DNA of 64,000 bases, from positions 44,640,001 through 44,704,000 of the forward strand of contig OY740798.1 of the NCBI GenBank assembly GCA_963514005.1. Reading direction: 5' to 3'. The translations under genes and the position numbers were made by a program. Positions 40,201 to 52,200 of this stretch are shown here, in pieces; within the stretch, counting starts at the first letter, position 1; every line of letters begins with the position of its first letter. The notes under the pieces were generated by a model. The model was not told the DNA's origin and did not search any database. It saw only the letters and a list, made by a program, of their open reading frames with translations. The stretch comes from Raja brachyura. Taxonomy: Eukaryota.

Positions 40201-43200
40201 GCTTGGAGCATCACAGGGCAGGTGTCCTTGGTCTTTGATTTTATCATACGTTTCAATATCACCTCCGCCGTAACCATGTGTCGGTTTGCTTACACTTATC
40301 CATTTGCTCCAATCGCATTGTTCCACGATCACACAAGTTGCTGTGGAGTTATGAAAAGATACATTCATTTAATTAAGCCAATTTACGTTACTTATCAGAA
40401 TAGATGCATCATGTTTACAAATATATTATAGTAATCTCTGCTTGAGAATAATCAGTAATGTAATCTTGGGTTACTGCTATGACATTCTGCGTAATCAATA
40501 AATTAAAACCGCCTCCTCTTTTACCCCCAACTCTATTTCTCCTGTAGCACCTGGACCCTGAACATTAAGCTTCCAATCCTGTCCCTCTCTTAGCCAGGTT
40601 TGCATGATGGCTACAATGTCCCAGTCACACGTATCTATCCATGCTCTGAATTCATCACCTTTAGGGCCTGTCCCACTTGGACGACCTAATCCACGAGTTT
40701 AGAAGACCCTAGACGAGTTGAAAAAAATGTCACGGTCGTGTTGACTCACCGAATTAAAAGACCTCCTACGACCATGTCTACGACCCCCCCCCTCGACCTC
40801 AGTCTTCCACACCTAAGACCAACTACGACTAGCTAAGTGTGGAAAATGATCACATGATAAAATAATGTATATTTGCATTTTTTTTCTCAGGCCAGTTACC
40901 GATCTAGGACTACCTACAACTACCATCACGACCTACTACGACCTACCTACGAGTAAAAAGTGTTAATTTTTTCCACACCAACCTTGTTTTTACTCGTGGA
41001 CATTTTTTAATCAGGCTGGAACATACTCCGCGACCTACTTGAGGCCACGAGTACGCGGAGACCACTCACGAGCATGAGGAAGAGTGATGAAAACCTCCTT
41101 CGACCTCGTGGCGACCATGCTGCGAGTATGAGTCAAGGGCAAACTTCGCACAGGTCGCCAATTTGGTCATGAAAGTGGTACAGGGGCTTTACCAATCAAG
41201 CCTCTAGCATAAAAATGAATACAATTCAATCTAACAGTCCTTCCTCCCTCCCTCCCTCCCACCCTGCTGTGCTCCTGCCTATTCTGTGCACTGAACTTTT
41301 TTTCCCATCATCTTCATTATCAACTACCAACCTCTCAACTGTCACAGTCCTGCATTTGATCATGGCCTCCTGCCAATCTAGTTTAAACCGACCCATGTAG
41401 CACTCGCAAACCTGCCTACCAGGACATTGGTAGCCCTTGAGTTCAGGTGCAACCCATTTCTCGTGTACACATCACCTCTGCCCCAGAAGAGATTCCCAAG
41501 GTCCAAAAGTCTCTGCCCCCTTCATCAAATTCCCATTCTCGCATTAATTGGGACTTTCTTCCTATTCCTACCCTCACTATCAGCTGGCACATGGAGCAAT
41601 CTGGACATCACTGATGAAATATATTGTTTCGACACACTGAAGTTCACATAGGAGTCCAAGCCGTGGAGGTGTCGCAGCCACCAGCACTGGTAGGACTAAG
41701 GTCAGGTGTTGCCCACAGGAACTCTGTGCCCACATTCCTTGCGAGTAATAAGGATTTAGTGAATTCTCTTCTGATGGGTTTCATTTAATTCCCTTTGCCA
41801 GTCAATAAGCTGAAATCTTGCAAACCTGACAGATTGAGAAAATCAGTGCATGGTTCCTTCACATTCCCGACATTTCAATTTACTTACAGGTCAACGGTTT
41901 GCTGGTTGTGGAGAAAGATGGCGTTGATGTCAAAATCACTGCAGAAAATAAATTAATAGACGGATTTAAAAAATGTGCAGGTCATTTCAGAATAGTGTAA
42001 ATGAATTATGTAAACATCTGTGAATTGGTGCTTAAATGTATCACCCTGTTACATTTTGGCCTTGGGTTAGTCTGCACACTGGTACAAATGGCTAACGAGG
42101 TATTCTGGTTGCCATTGTCCTTGCTGAACTTACCATAAGACCATTAGACATAGAAGCAGATTTTGGCCATTCAGCCCATTGAGTCTACTCCACCAATCAA
42201 TCATGGCTGATTTGTTCATCATCTCAACCCCATTCTCCTGCCTTCTCCCCATAACTCTTGATATAAATCACAAATCTATCAATATCTGTTTTAGAAATAC
42301 CCAATAACTTTGCCAGGGCCTTCTGTGGTAAATTATTCCACAGATCCATCACCCTCGGTCTGAAAAAAATCCTACTCATCTCTATTCTGAAGGTACGTCA
42401 TTTAATTCTTAGGCTGTGCCATTTAAGTCTCGACCCTCTCATTACTGGAATCACCCTTTCCGACTCAACTCTATCTGGGCCTTTCATTATCTGGTAGATT
42501 TCAATGAAATTTCCCCTCATTCTTCCAAACGCCAGCGAGTACAAGCCCAGAGCCTTCAAACGCTCCTAATACATTAACCCCGTCATCCCCGGGAACTTTC
42601 CTGTAAAACTCCTCTGGACTCTCTCCAAAGCCAGCACACTCTTCCTCAGATATGGAGCCCAGAATTGCTCACAATATTCCAAATGTGGCCTCACCAGCAC
42701 CAGATAAAGCCTGAGCATTACATCCTTGCTTATATATTCTAGTCCCCTTGAAATGAATGCTGGCATTGCATTTGCCTTCTTTACAACCGACTCAACCTGC
42801 AGTAATCCTTTTGGGAATCTTATACCAGCACTCTCAAGTCTCTTGGCAGCTGTGATTTCCGAATCCTCTCCCCATTTAGAAAGTAGTCGCACTGCGTTCC
42901 GGTGCCAGGAACCCAGGTTTGATCCTGACTACGGGTGTTGTCTGTACAGAGTTAGTAAGATCTCCCTGCGACCGCATGGGTTTTCTCTTGGTGCTCTGGT
43001 CTCCACCCGCATTTCAAAGACATGCACGTTTGTAGGTTAATCGGCTGTAAATTGTTCCCTAGCAAGCTACTAACAACTAGAATAGAAATCTGCCAACAAA
43101 ATTAAAACATAAAGTACCAAAAATAATTAAGTGCAATCAATGACTGAAAACATTAATTCACACAATGCAAATTCCCTGAAGCCTACATCTCCCATGCAGT

Positions 43201-46200
43201 TTGGTCACTCATAAGATCATATGTAATAGGAGCAGAATAAGGCCATTAGGCCCATCAAGTCTACTTGGTCTACTCAGCCATTCAATCGTGGGCGATCTAT
43301 CTCTCCCTCCTAACCCTGTTCTCCTGCCTTATCCTCATAAACCCTGACACCCATGCTAATCAAGAATCTAAGATAGACACAAAATGCTGGAGTAACTCAG
43401 CGGACCAGGCAGCATCTCTGGAGAGAAGGAAGGGGTGACGTTTGAGGTCGAGACCCTTCTTCAGTCAAGAATCTATCTAGATCTGCCTTAAAAATATCCA
43501 TTGACTCCATTGACATGAATGAACTCTGATCCTAGGTCCAATTTATCACAGGCTCAGCGAGTCAATTGCCTGGGCAATAAACGGGAGATTTCAGGAAGTC
43601 AGCATTCTGTTGCTGGATTCCGTGAGTGATGTGAACTTGGATTTCAAATGCAATGAGGTTCTCCCAAGAAGATTTTGGCTTCTGCATTCGGGTGAGGCCA
43701 TCTGAATGTTCACTCCAGTCCTTCATGAAAACAGTTTCACACCATTGCTTGAATAAAACTGTTCATTGATGGACCTCTGTCTGTCTCTCTGTTGCACAAT
43801 CCCCTCTCTGCAATCCCAGTTCTCTAATCTGCTAATCATTTGCACACTTCATGAATTCAAAGGTGTCTGCTCATCTGCGGCCAATCCAGTATTTATTCCG
43901 AGAACAGAATTGCACATTGGCGTGACTTTTAGTGTTTCAGTTGTAAAGTAAGACAGGTTAACAGGAAAGTTACCTGTACTAGCGGTGATTGAAGATGATG
44001 GTAATGGCATTGCTGTGGTTGTGCCATTTTCACATGGCTCAAATGTTCTAATAATTGTTCCATTTTCAGCACAGATTGCTTTGAAGCACTCCCCAAGGCT
44101 ATCATTTACATAGTAGATAGTATCATTCACATTATACACCGTTCCATTATATATACAGACACAACCTGTGAAGAGAATTTACAGGATGATTTTAGTACCT
44201 TCATGTGTAATATTATTCTAAAATGAATAATTTATTTCATAGGAGAATTAAATGAACACTTGCCACTGCTGTCATTCATGCATTTAATGCCATCTGGTGT
44301 GCACAGGCTGAAAAAAAAATGTTTATTTGTTTTTCTAAGAGTTTAACATGATGGTCGTGAATACAAAAAATGGCGCTTTAATTCATGTGCATGATCAAGC
44401 CTTTGGAAATTTCCAAATATTTCATAACTTAAAAGTAAAGCGCTGCTGGATATACATACAAAACACACTTTGCACATGATTATGGAATCAACACAAACAG
44501 CTAATGACTGACTATGCAATACACAGAATATTGACTGGCATCACAAGGATACTGCTTGAGTAATCACAATGAGTAGCTTACATTGAAATGTTGTATCAGG
44601 CATGCATTTGGAGCAGGAATCGTAAACATAGAGTCATAGCTTTCAAGAGAGAGCTAGATCGGGCTCTTAAAAATAGCAGAGTCAGGGGATATGGGGAGAA
44701 GGCAGGAACGGGGTATTGATTGGGGATGATCAGCCATGATCACATTGAACAGCGGTGCTGGCTCGAAGGGCCAAATGGCCTACTCTTGCACCTATTGTCT
44801 ATTGTCTATAGAGTGATACAGTGTGGAAATAGGCCCTTTGGCCCAACTTGCCCACACTGGCCAAAATGTCCCAGCTACACTAGTCCCACCTGCCAGCATT
44901 GGGTCCATATCCCTCCAAACCTGTCCTATCCATGTATCTGTCTAACTGCTTCTTAAGTGATGGGATAGTCCCAGCCTCAACTACCTCCTCTGGCAGCTTG
45001 CTTCAGACACCCACCACCGTTCGTGTGAAAAGGTTATCCCTCAGATTCCTATCAGATGTCCAGATGTCAGGACTTTCATATGAGGAAAGATTGGATAGAC
45101 TCGGTTTGTACTCGATGGAATTTAGAAGATTGAGGGGGGATCTTATAGAAACCTACAAAATTCTTAAGGGGTTGGACAAGCTAGATGCTGGAAGATTGTT
45201 CCCGATGTTGGGGGAGTCCAGAACAAGGGGTCACAGTCTAAGGATAAGGGGGAATTCCTTTAGGACCGAAATGAGGAAAACATTCTTTACACAGAGAGTG
45301 GTGAGTCTCTGGAATTCTCTGCCACAGAAGGTAGTTGAGGCCAGTTCATTGGCTATATTTAAGAGGGCGTTAGATGTGGCACTTGTGGCTAAAGGGATCA
45401 GGGGGTATGGAGAGAAGGCAGGTACGGGATACTGAGTTGGATGATCAGCCATGATCACATTGAATGGCGGTGCAGGCTCGAAGGGCCGAATGGCCTACTC
45501 CTGCACCTATTTTCTATGTTTCTATGTTTCTATGAAATCTTTTCCCCTCTTGATCAATTCCCTTGATCAATTGGCCAAGTGGGCTAAGGAATGGTTGATG
45601 GAATTTAACGCAGAAAAATACATCTTATTCAGAGATTAAAGTGATATTAGTTGAGTCTAGCATGAAAGTGCTTGTATCATGCTAGAGTTACACAGCAGGG
45701 AAACAAGCCCATTGAACCACCGATTCTATGTTGACCATCAACCACTATAGACACTAATCCTATATGAATTCCATTTTATTTTTACTTTATTGTACAGTAT
45801 AATCCCATAGTTTATGAAAATCAAACAATACCATTTTTCACAGTTATTGGTGGTTTGTACAGTTTGATTAATTTCATAATGCTTTCCATTTTCATAACAG
45901 CCACATTCATCAACGCATTTCATGGTATGTTCGTCAAAAATAGGTGTTTCCTCCGGACATTTTGGGTAGCAACCTAAGAAAGAAATCCACATTTATAAGG
46001 CTCTTACGGAGAAATTGAAGCTCAGCATAGGGCAGAGATTAGAGTCAACAAGCCAGGAGCTGGGTCGTGTGGCCATCCTTTGCGAGAGAAACTAGTGAAT
46101 GTTGTGAGTTCGTCAGGAGGTATAAGAGTCAAGAAGTCAAGATGCCACTTCATAGGACTTTGGTTCGGCTGCGTTTGAAGTATCATGTGCTGTTCTGTTT

Positions 46201-49200
46201 GCACCATTGCAGGAAGAAGGATTCCTTACTGCTGATCCAAATCAGGAAATTAGCTTTTGAGGAATCCTGCACCAGCACTCCCCAGTCCCTTTGCACCTCT
46301 GATTTCTGAATCCTCTTCCCATTTAGAACGTAGTCTATGTCTTTATTCTTACTACCAAAATGCTTGACTCCACACTTTGCTACACTGTATTCCATCTGAT
46401 ATTTCTTTGCCCACTCACCAACCTGTCTAAATCCTTCTGCAGATTTTCTGCTTTCTCTACTTTCCTTCCCCTCCACCTTTCTTCATATTATCCACAAACT
46501 TGGCCACAAAGCCTTCAATTCTAAATCATTGATATACACCATGAAGAGTAGTGGACCCAGCACCGTCCCCTGTGGAACGTAGCCAGTTACTGGCAGCCAA
46601 CCAGAAAAAAAACACTTTATTCCCACTATTTGCCTTCTGCCATCCAGCCAACCTGCTATCCATGCTAGTATCTGCCCTCTGATACCATGGGCTCTCATCT
46701 TCTTTAGCACCTTTGCCTTATCAAAGGCCTTCTGAAATGTTATAAACAACATCCACTGACTCTCCTTTGTCTATCCAGCTATTTACTTCCTCAAAGACTT
46801 CCAACAGATTTGTCAGGCAATATCTCTCCTCCACAAAAGTTGAGCAAGTTTTCTTTGCTTCGAATACTCTGCTCCTGCCTCTGTTGCTTATGGGCCTGTT
46901 CTACTTTGCCGATTTTTTAGGCAACTACAGGCGACTAGATTGTCGCCACATGTTCGCTGGTGGTCGCCAGGAAGCGCGAGTCCTCAGTCGCGCAAAAGGT
47001 CACAACGTCTTTCTGGACGCCGCTAAATTTTCAACATGTTGAAAAATTTTCGCCGACAGTGGGTTTGACGCCAATGAGCATAGCTTGACGTAAGTGCTGT
47101 CGTAGGTTGTCACCAGCATGACGTAGGTTGTCACCGGTTTTTCGGCGACCTGCTACGACTATGACAGTCGACGGCAGTTGCCTACAAAATCGCCAAGTGG
47201 AACGGGCCCTTTATGTTGTCATTTTTATGCAAACTTGGTTTGAACAAGAAACTGAAAATGGGGAATCTTATGGGAACTTTTCCTGCATGACAGGCATAGG
47301 TTGATATTTAATAGCAGCAGAGCGTTTGAGGATTTGTTTAAAAAATACCATAAATATATCTACCTTCAAGCTGTAACGTGGCATTGCAGAGACCTTGAGG
47401 GTTGAGGCAACTTTTAAAGCAATGGACTCCACAAGGATGGTAATGCCATCGACACATTCCAGGATCAGGGTTGTAGAAACTGCAGAACATGGCTGAAAGA
47501 ACAGAACATAGATATTCACTGGACATGAAATGAAGATATTACATCGTTTTCTTGAGCCATCAGGCTGTTATTTCTATCACCAGTATCTTGTCTCATTTCC
47601 TTTCCTTTTATTGCTGCTTAAACAATCGATTCCTTCAATGTTCACCCCTTTGCATATGTTTCTGTTGCTTATGACGCTGCATCTTCTGGCATCTTTCTAA
47701 CATTGATATTCTCTAATCATCCTTCATCTTTAATTTTAATAATCACTCATCTCTTTTATCTCACGTTATGTCTATGATAGAATCAGTCGGTGGCAGAGTT
47801 CCAGCTCATTACCCACATTTCCAATTTGAGTATTGCTTAAAGTAAGATTAATTAATTATCATTCACAACTGCAAATATTTCAGTTTCATCATTATTTGTG
47901 ACTGAGCGAAGCTGTGGCCATCTGCAGCATTCACTTTATGCATTAGGCCATTCTTCGCTTAACAACTGCTGGGAATGGAGATTTCTGGCACCAAGCAGCA
48001 AGTGGCATTAATTTCCAAGCTGTATTGGATAGGGTGAACATTTATTTATTTCCTTTAATTTCGTTCATAAAAATACAGCATAGAAACAGGTCCTTTGGTC
48101 CACTGAGTTCATACCGATCATCGATCACCTGTTCACAATAGTTCCACATTGCCCCACTTTTGTATCCGTTCCCTACACACTTGGGATGACTTTACAACCT
48201 ACACATCTGCACCTCTTTGAGATGTGGGAGGAATCCAGAGCACCCAGAGGAAACTCACACGATGACAAGGAGAACGTGTGAACTCCACACAGACTGCTCC
48301 TGAGGTCTCTGGTGCTGTGAGGTAGCAGCTCTATCAGAATTGTTTCCATGCACCTCCCCCTCAATAATTGGACATTATTTTCCCTTAAGAACACCGTCAA
48401 GTTCACTGCAAACCATTGACATTGACAAGCGATCGCTTGAATAGACACTTTGCAATAATACTTTTAATCAAAGGAACATACAATCTATAGTATTTTTAGC
48501 ATGCAGTAACATTGCCATTGAAAAGACCTTTACTATTGAAAAACCTGTGACAAAAGTAACTTATTGTTACAAGTCTGAAATACTCTAGCTCCTAACCTTC
48601 CCCTGTTCCCCAAAGACACAATTGTCATTATAACATGGTTTTGTATAATACGAGATTACTTGGGATGCAACAAAAGCTTTGTAGCAGAACTACCTGTACT
48701 ACCTGTACTAGTATATGCTATCATCAAACAAGACCTGTAAAGTGACAATATAGTCAATTGCCGAGCCTTATAAATGACTGGAGCCATTACATGTTTATGT
48801 TTGGGTGATGTTTCGGGTTGAGACCCTTCTTCAAACTCTTTCTGAATGTCACTCATTCCTTCTCTCTCAACCCGAAACGTCACCCATTCTATCTCTCCAA
48901 AGATGGTGCCTGTCCTGCTGAGTTACTCCAGCATTTTGTGTCCATCTTTGGTTTAAACCAGCATCTGCAGTTCCTTCCTTCACATGTTATGTTTACAACA
49001 CTGTTACATTGGTCGCCCAAAGCTGATAATTTTATTACAATTCCCATTCATGATTATAACCTCTGGAGTTAGTGCTGTATGAAACTTACGACAGATTTCA
49101 GGTGTCCTCCAGTTAACACATATCCCAGCTTCATGACAGGCAGTCCCATAGGCAGCTACAGCTGTGCAAAAACACTCGCAGTCTCCACCACTGTCACACG

Positions 49201-52200
49201 AGCAAGAATCATGGACACAAGCGTCAAAATATGGAGTCGGGTCAACCTGTTGATGAAGCAGATCACTACGTCAGGTGGCAGTTGGAAGGAAAGGCAGCAA
49301 GAGAAAACAATTTTTTTTAAATAAATAAATTCACAACCTTCCCGGCACAAATTTCGAAGACTTTGCTCTTGATTATCCAGCACTGCGTCTGTGCCCAGGC
49401 TACACGATGTGGATTCTTAATGCAAGGATCACGATCGGCCACAGCATCGGGACAAGAGGCTCCCAGCTTCCAGGAATTGCCAAACTCAGTCACTTCTGTA
49501 ACGACGGACTGGCCTCTGGTCATCAAGTCATTGTTGGCATTTCCATCAAAGTTACCACATAAGCCACAGGTATTATTCTGGAATCAAAAAGAAAACCAAC
49601 CATATATATCTACTGTGAGTGAGGTCCAGCACAAACTGGAGGAACAGCATCTCATATTTTGCTTGGGCAGCTTACACACACCAACAGTATGAACATTGAC
49701 TTCTCTAACTTCAAATAGCCCTTGCTTTCTCCCTCTCTCCATCCCCTCCTCCTTCCCAGTTCTCCTACCAGTCTTACTGTCTCCCACTACATTTTAACTT
49801 TCCTGACATCAGTCTGGAGGTCTCGACCTGAAGCGCCACCCATTCCTTCACTCCAGAGATGCTGCCTGTCCCGCTGAGTTAGTCCAGCATTTTGCGTCTA
49901 TCTTCGATTTAAACCAGCATCTGCAGTTCTCTCTACACATATATATCTACTAATACTTAAGCAGTTAGGAGAGAAATTATAGTATATGGATAACTTTATT
50001 CATACCTGGTAAGAAGGGTTCAGCTTAATAAAAATACTAGTTTTTTTGTCCCATATTAGAAGTAATCCGGTATTAGTTTCAACTGTAAGGTAAAGTCCCA
50101 GAGTGCGGATAGTGAAAGGGATTTTTTTGTTTTCATTTTGTTGAATCAATTCGTGCTTCCCTTCTGCTAACTTCAGTTCAAAATTCTGCATTGGGATGAG
50201 ATAACAATTCAGTAATGCAGTCGGCAAAAGCACAATCGGGATGGATTTAAATGATTTCTTGGTGTGCAATTGCAAGCAAGGAAACTGAATACCTGGAAAA
50301 AAAGCTTGATTGTTTTTGAGCAAGTTGTCCCAGTGGTTCCACAGGGAATATTTTCTGTGATCACGCTGAAGGTTCCATTGCTTGGATTAGCTCCGCAGTA
50401 GTCCTGCAGATAAAACGTGCAGCAAAAAAAAAACAACTGTCAATAATTCAGAAATTGGTGTGAAAAAGGTTCTGTTACTAGTTTGTTAACTTAAAAGAAA
50501 TGCACAAGATTAGCACAAGGCAAAATATGGTGTTACGGCGGCATGGTGGCACCGGGGTAGAGTTGCTGCTTCACAGCGCCAGAGACCCGGCTTCCATTCT
50601 GACTACATACAGATTTGGTCTGTATGGAGTTTATATGTTTTCCCTGTGACCTGCGTGGTTTTCTCCGGGTGTTCCAGTTTTCTCCCACATTCCAAAGACG
50701 TATAGGTTTGCAGGTTAATTGGTTAAATTGTAAATTGTCCCTGTACTGTGTAGGATAGATGTTCGTGCGGGGATCACTGGTTGACGAGGACTCGGTGGGC
50801 CGAGAGGCCTGTTACAGGTTGTATCTGTAAACTAAACTTAAATGTTGGTTTGCAGTTGGTAAGATGAGTGTCCACTGTGAATTCCATGCTCCTTGCACAT
50901 TCTATCTCGGTAATAGCTTGGTTGGGGGGGGGGGCAAAAGATTTGGATGAGGGTGTGGGGAGAATACTAGATAGCTAGATACAGCTCTTAAAGACAGCGG
51001 AGTCAAGGGATATGGGGAGAAGGCAGGAACGGGGTACTGAATGGGGATGATCAGCCATGATCCCATTGAATGGCGGTGCTGGCTTGAAGGGCCGAATGGC
51101 CTACTCCTGTATCGGTTGTCTATTTTCTATAATACATTTTTTTGTTAATATCATATTCGTGTAGATCGGTGCTTGATGGTTGGTGTGGACAGAGTGGGCC
51201 AAAGGGCCTGTTTCTGTGCTGCATGTTTCTGGGATTCTGCGACGCGGAGCTTGGTGGTGTTGAGATAGTGGGGGCAGTTGTCTCAGGTTACAGCAGGACA
51301 CAGATAAATTAGAAAGGTGGGCTGAGCCTTGGCAGATGGAGTTTAACTGCAACAAGTGTGAGGTAATGAATCTTAGGAATTCAAATAGAGAAGAATGTGT
51401 ACAGTAAATGGTATGTTGGCAAGTAATATAGATGAACTGGGGGACCTTAGAGTCTACAGCTTGTTGTAAGTGGTCACACAAGCTGATAGAGTGGTGAAGA
51501 AAGTATATTGCATGCTTGCCTTTATAGCTCAGGATATAGAATATAAATGTTGAGTCATTATATTTATATTGATATAACACTGGGTAGACTGTACGGTGTA
51601 TGGTGTGTGGTTCTGATGACCACTCTAGAGGAGATAAGATTGTACTGGAGAGAGTGCAGAATCGATTCACCCGGGTCACGCTTAGACTGGAGCACTTTAG
51701 TTGTGCAGAAAGAATGAATAAGATGGGCTTGTTTTATGAGGAGCCAAGGAAGGTGGGAGGGGGGGTGGAGGGGGTGAGCTGACAGACGTATATAAAATTA
51801 TGAGGCATAGAAAGAGTAGATATGCAGCATTTCTTTCTCATGGTAGAGGTATCAAAAATGGAAGGGAATAGGTTCAAGGTGAGGGGAAGTGGTTTTAAAG
51901 GAGGGGGATGTTTTTTTACACAGAGGGCGGTTGATACCTGAAACTCACTACCGGATGAGGTGGTGGAAGTAGACACATACACATCCTTTCGGAGGCATTT
52001 AGACAGGCAAAGCATCGAACATTACACACCTAGTATGGGCAAATAGTAGATTGATATAAAGGATGTGGTGGGCCAAAGGGCCCATTTCTATGCCATATGA
52101 ATCTATGACTCTAATAGTGGCAGCTAAATTCATGTCGATGTTGCCTCATGAAACTGTAATGATGGGGACAAGGTTTTGACCAAAGGCTCCTCATGATAGG

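Noticed and set aside
23923-40368. 5481-aa ORF as a standalone single-exon gene
   Set aside because: Its first ~9 and last ~68 codons are intronic, and the tail is antisense LINE sequence. Clear splice sites at 40340 and 24129 link it to the flanking mucin exons.
43849-43973. In-frame extension of exon 43974-44165
   Set aside because: It ends in a stop codon, and the AG|gtaac donor at 43973 gives the correct phase.
44582-44630. Alternative small exon ending at the gtaag donor near 44581 ([13 protein letters not shown])
   Set aside because: No good acceptor and no mucin homology; the 44264-44307 exon fits both phase and cysteine pattern.
44899-45435. 178-aa ORF as a host gene
   Set aside because: It is a chimera of an antisense LINE tail and a nested LINE ORF2 C-terminus.
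50537-50610. tRNA gene
   Set aside because: It is the tRNA-derived head of a SINE with a degenerate B box, continuing into the SINE body.
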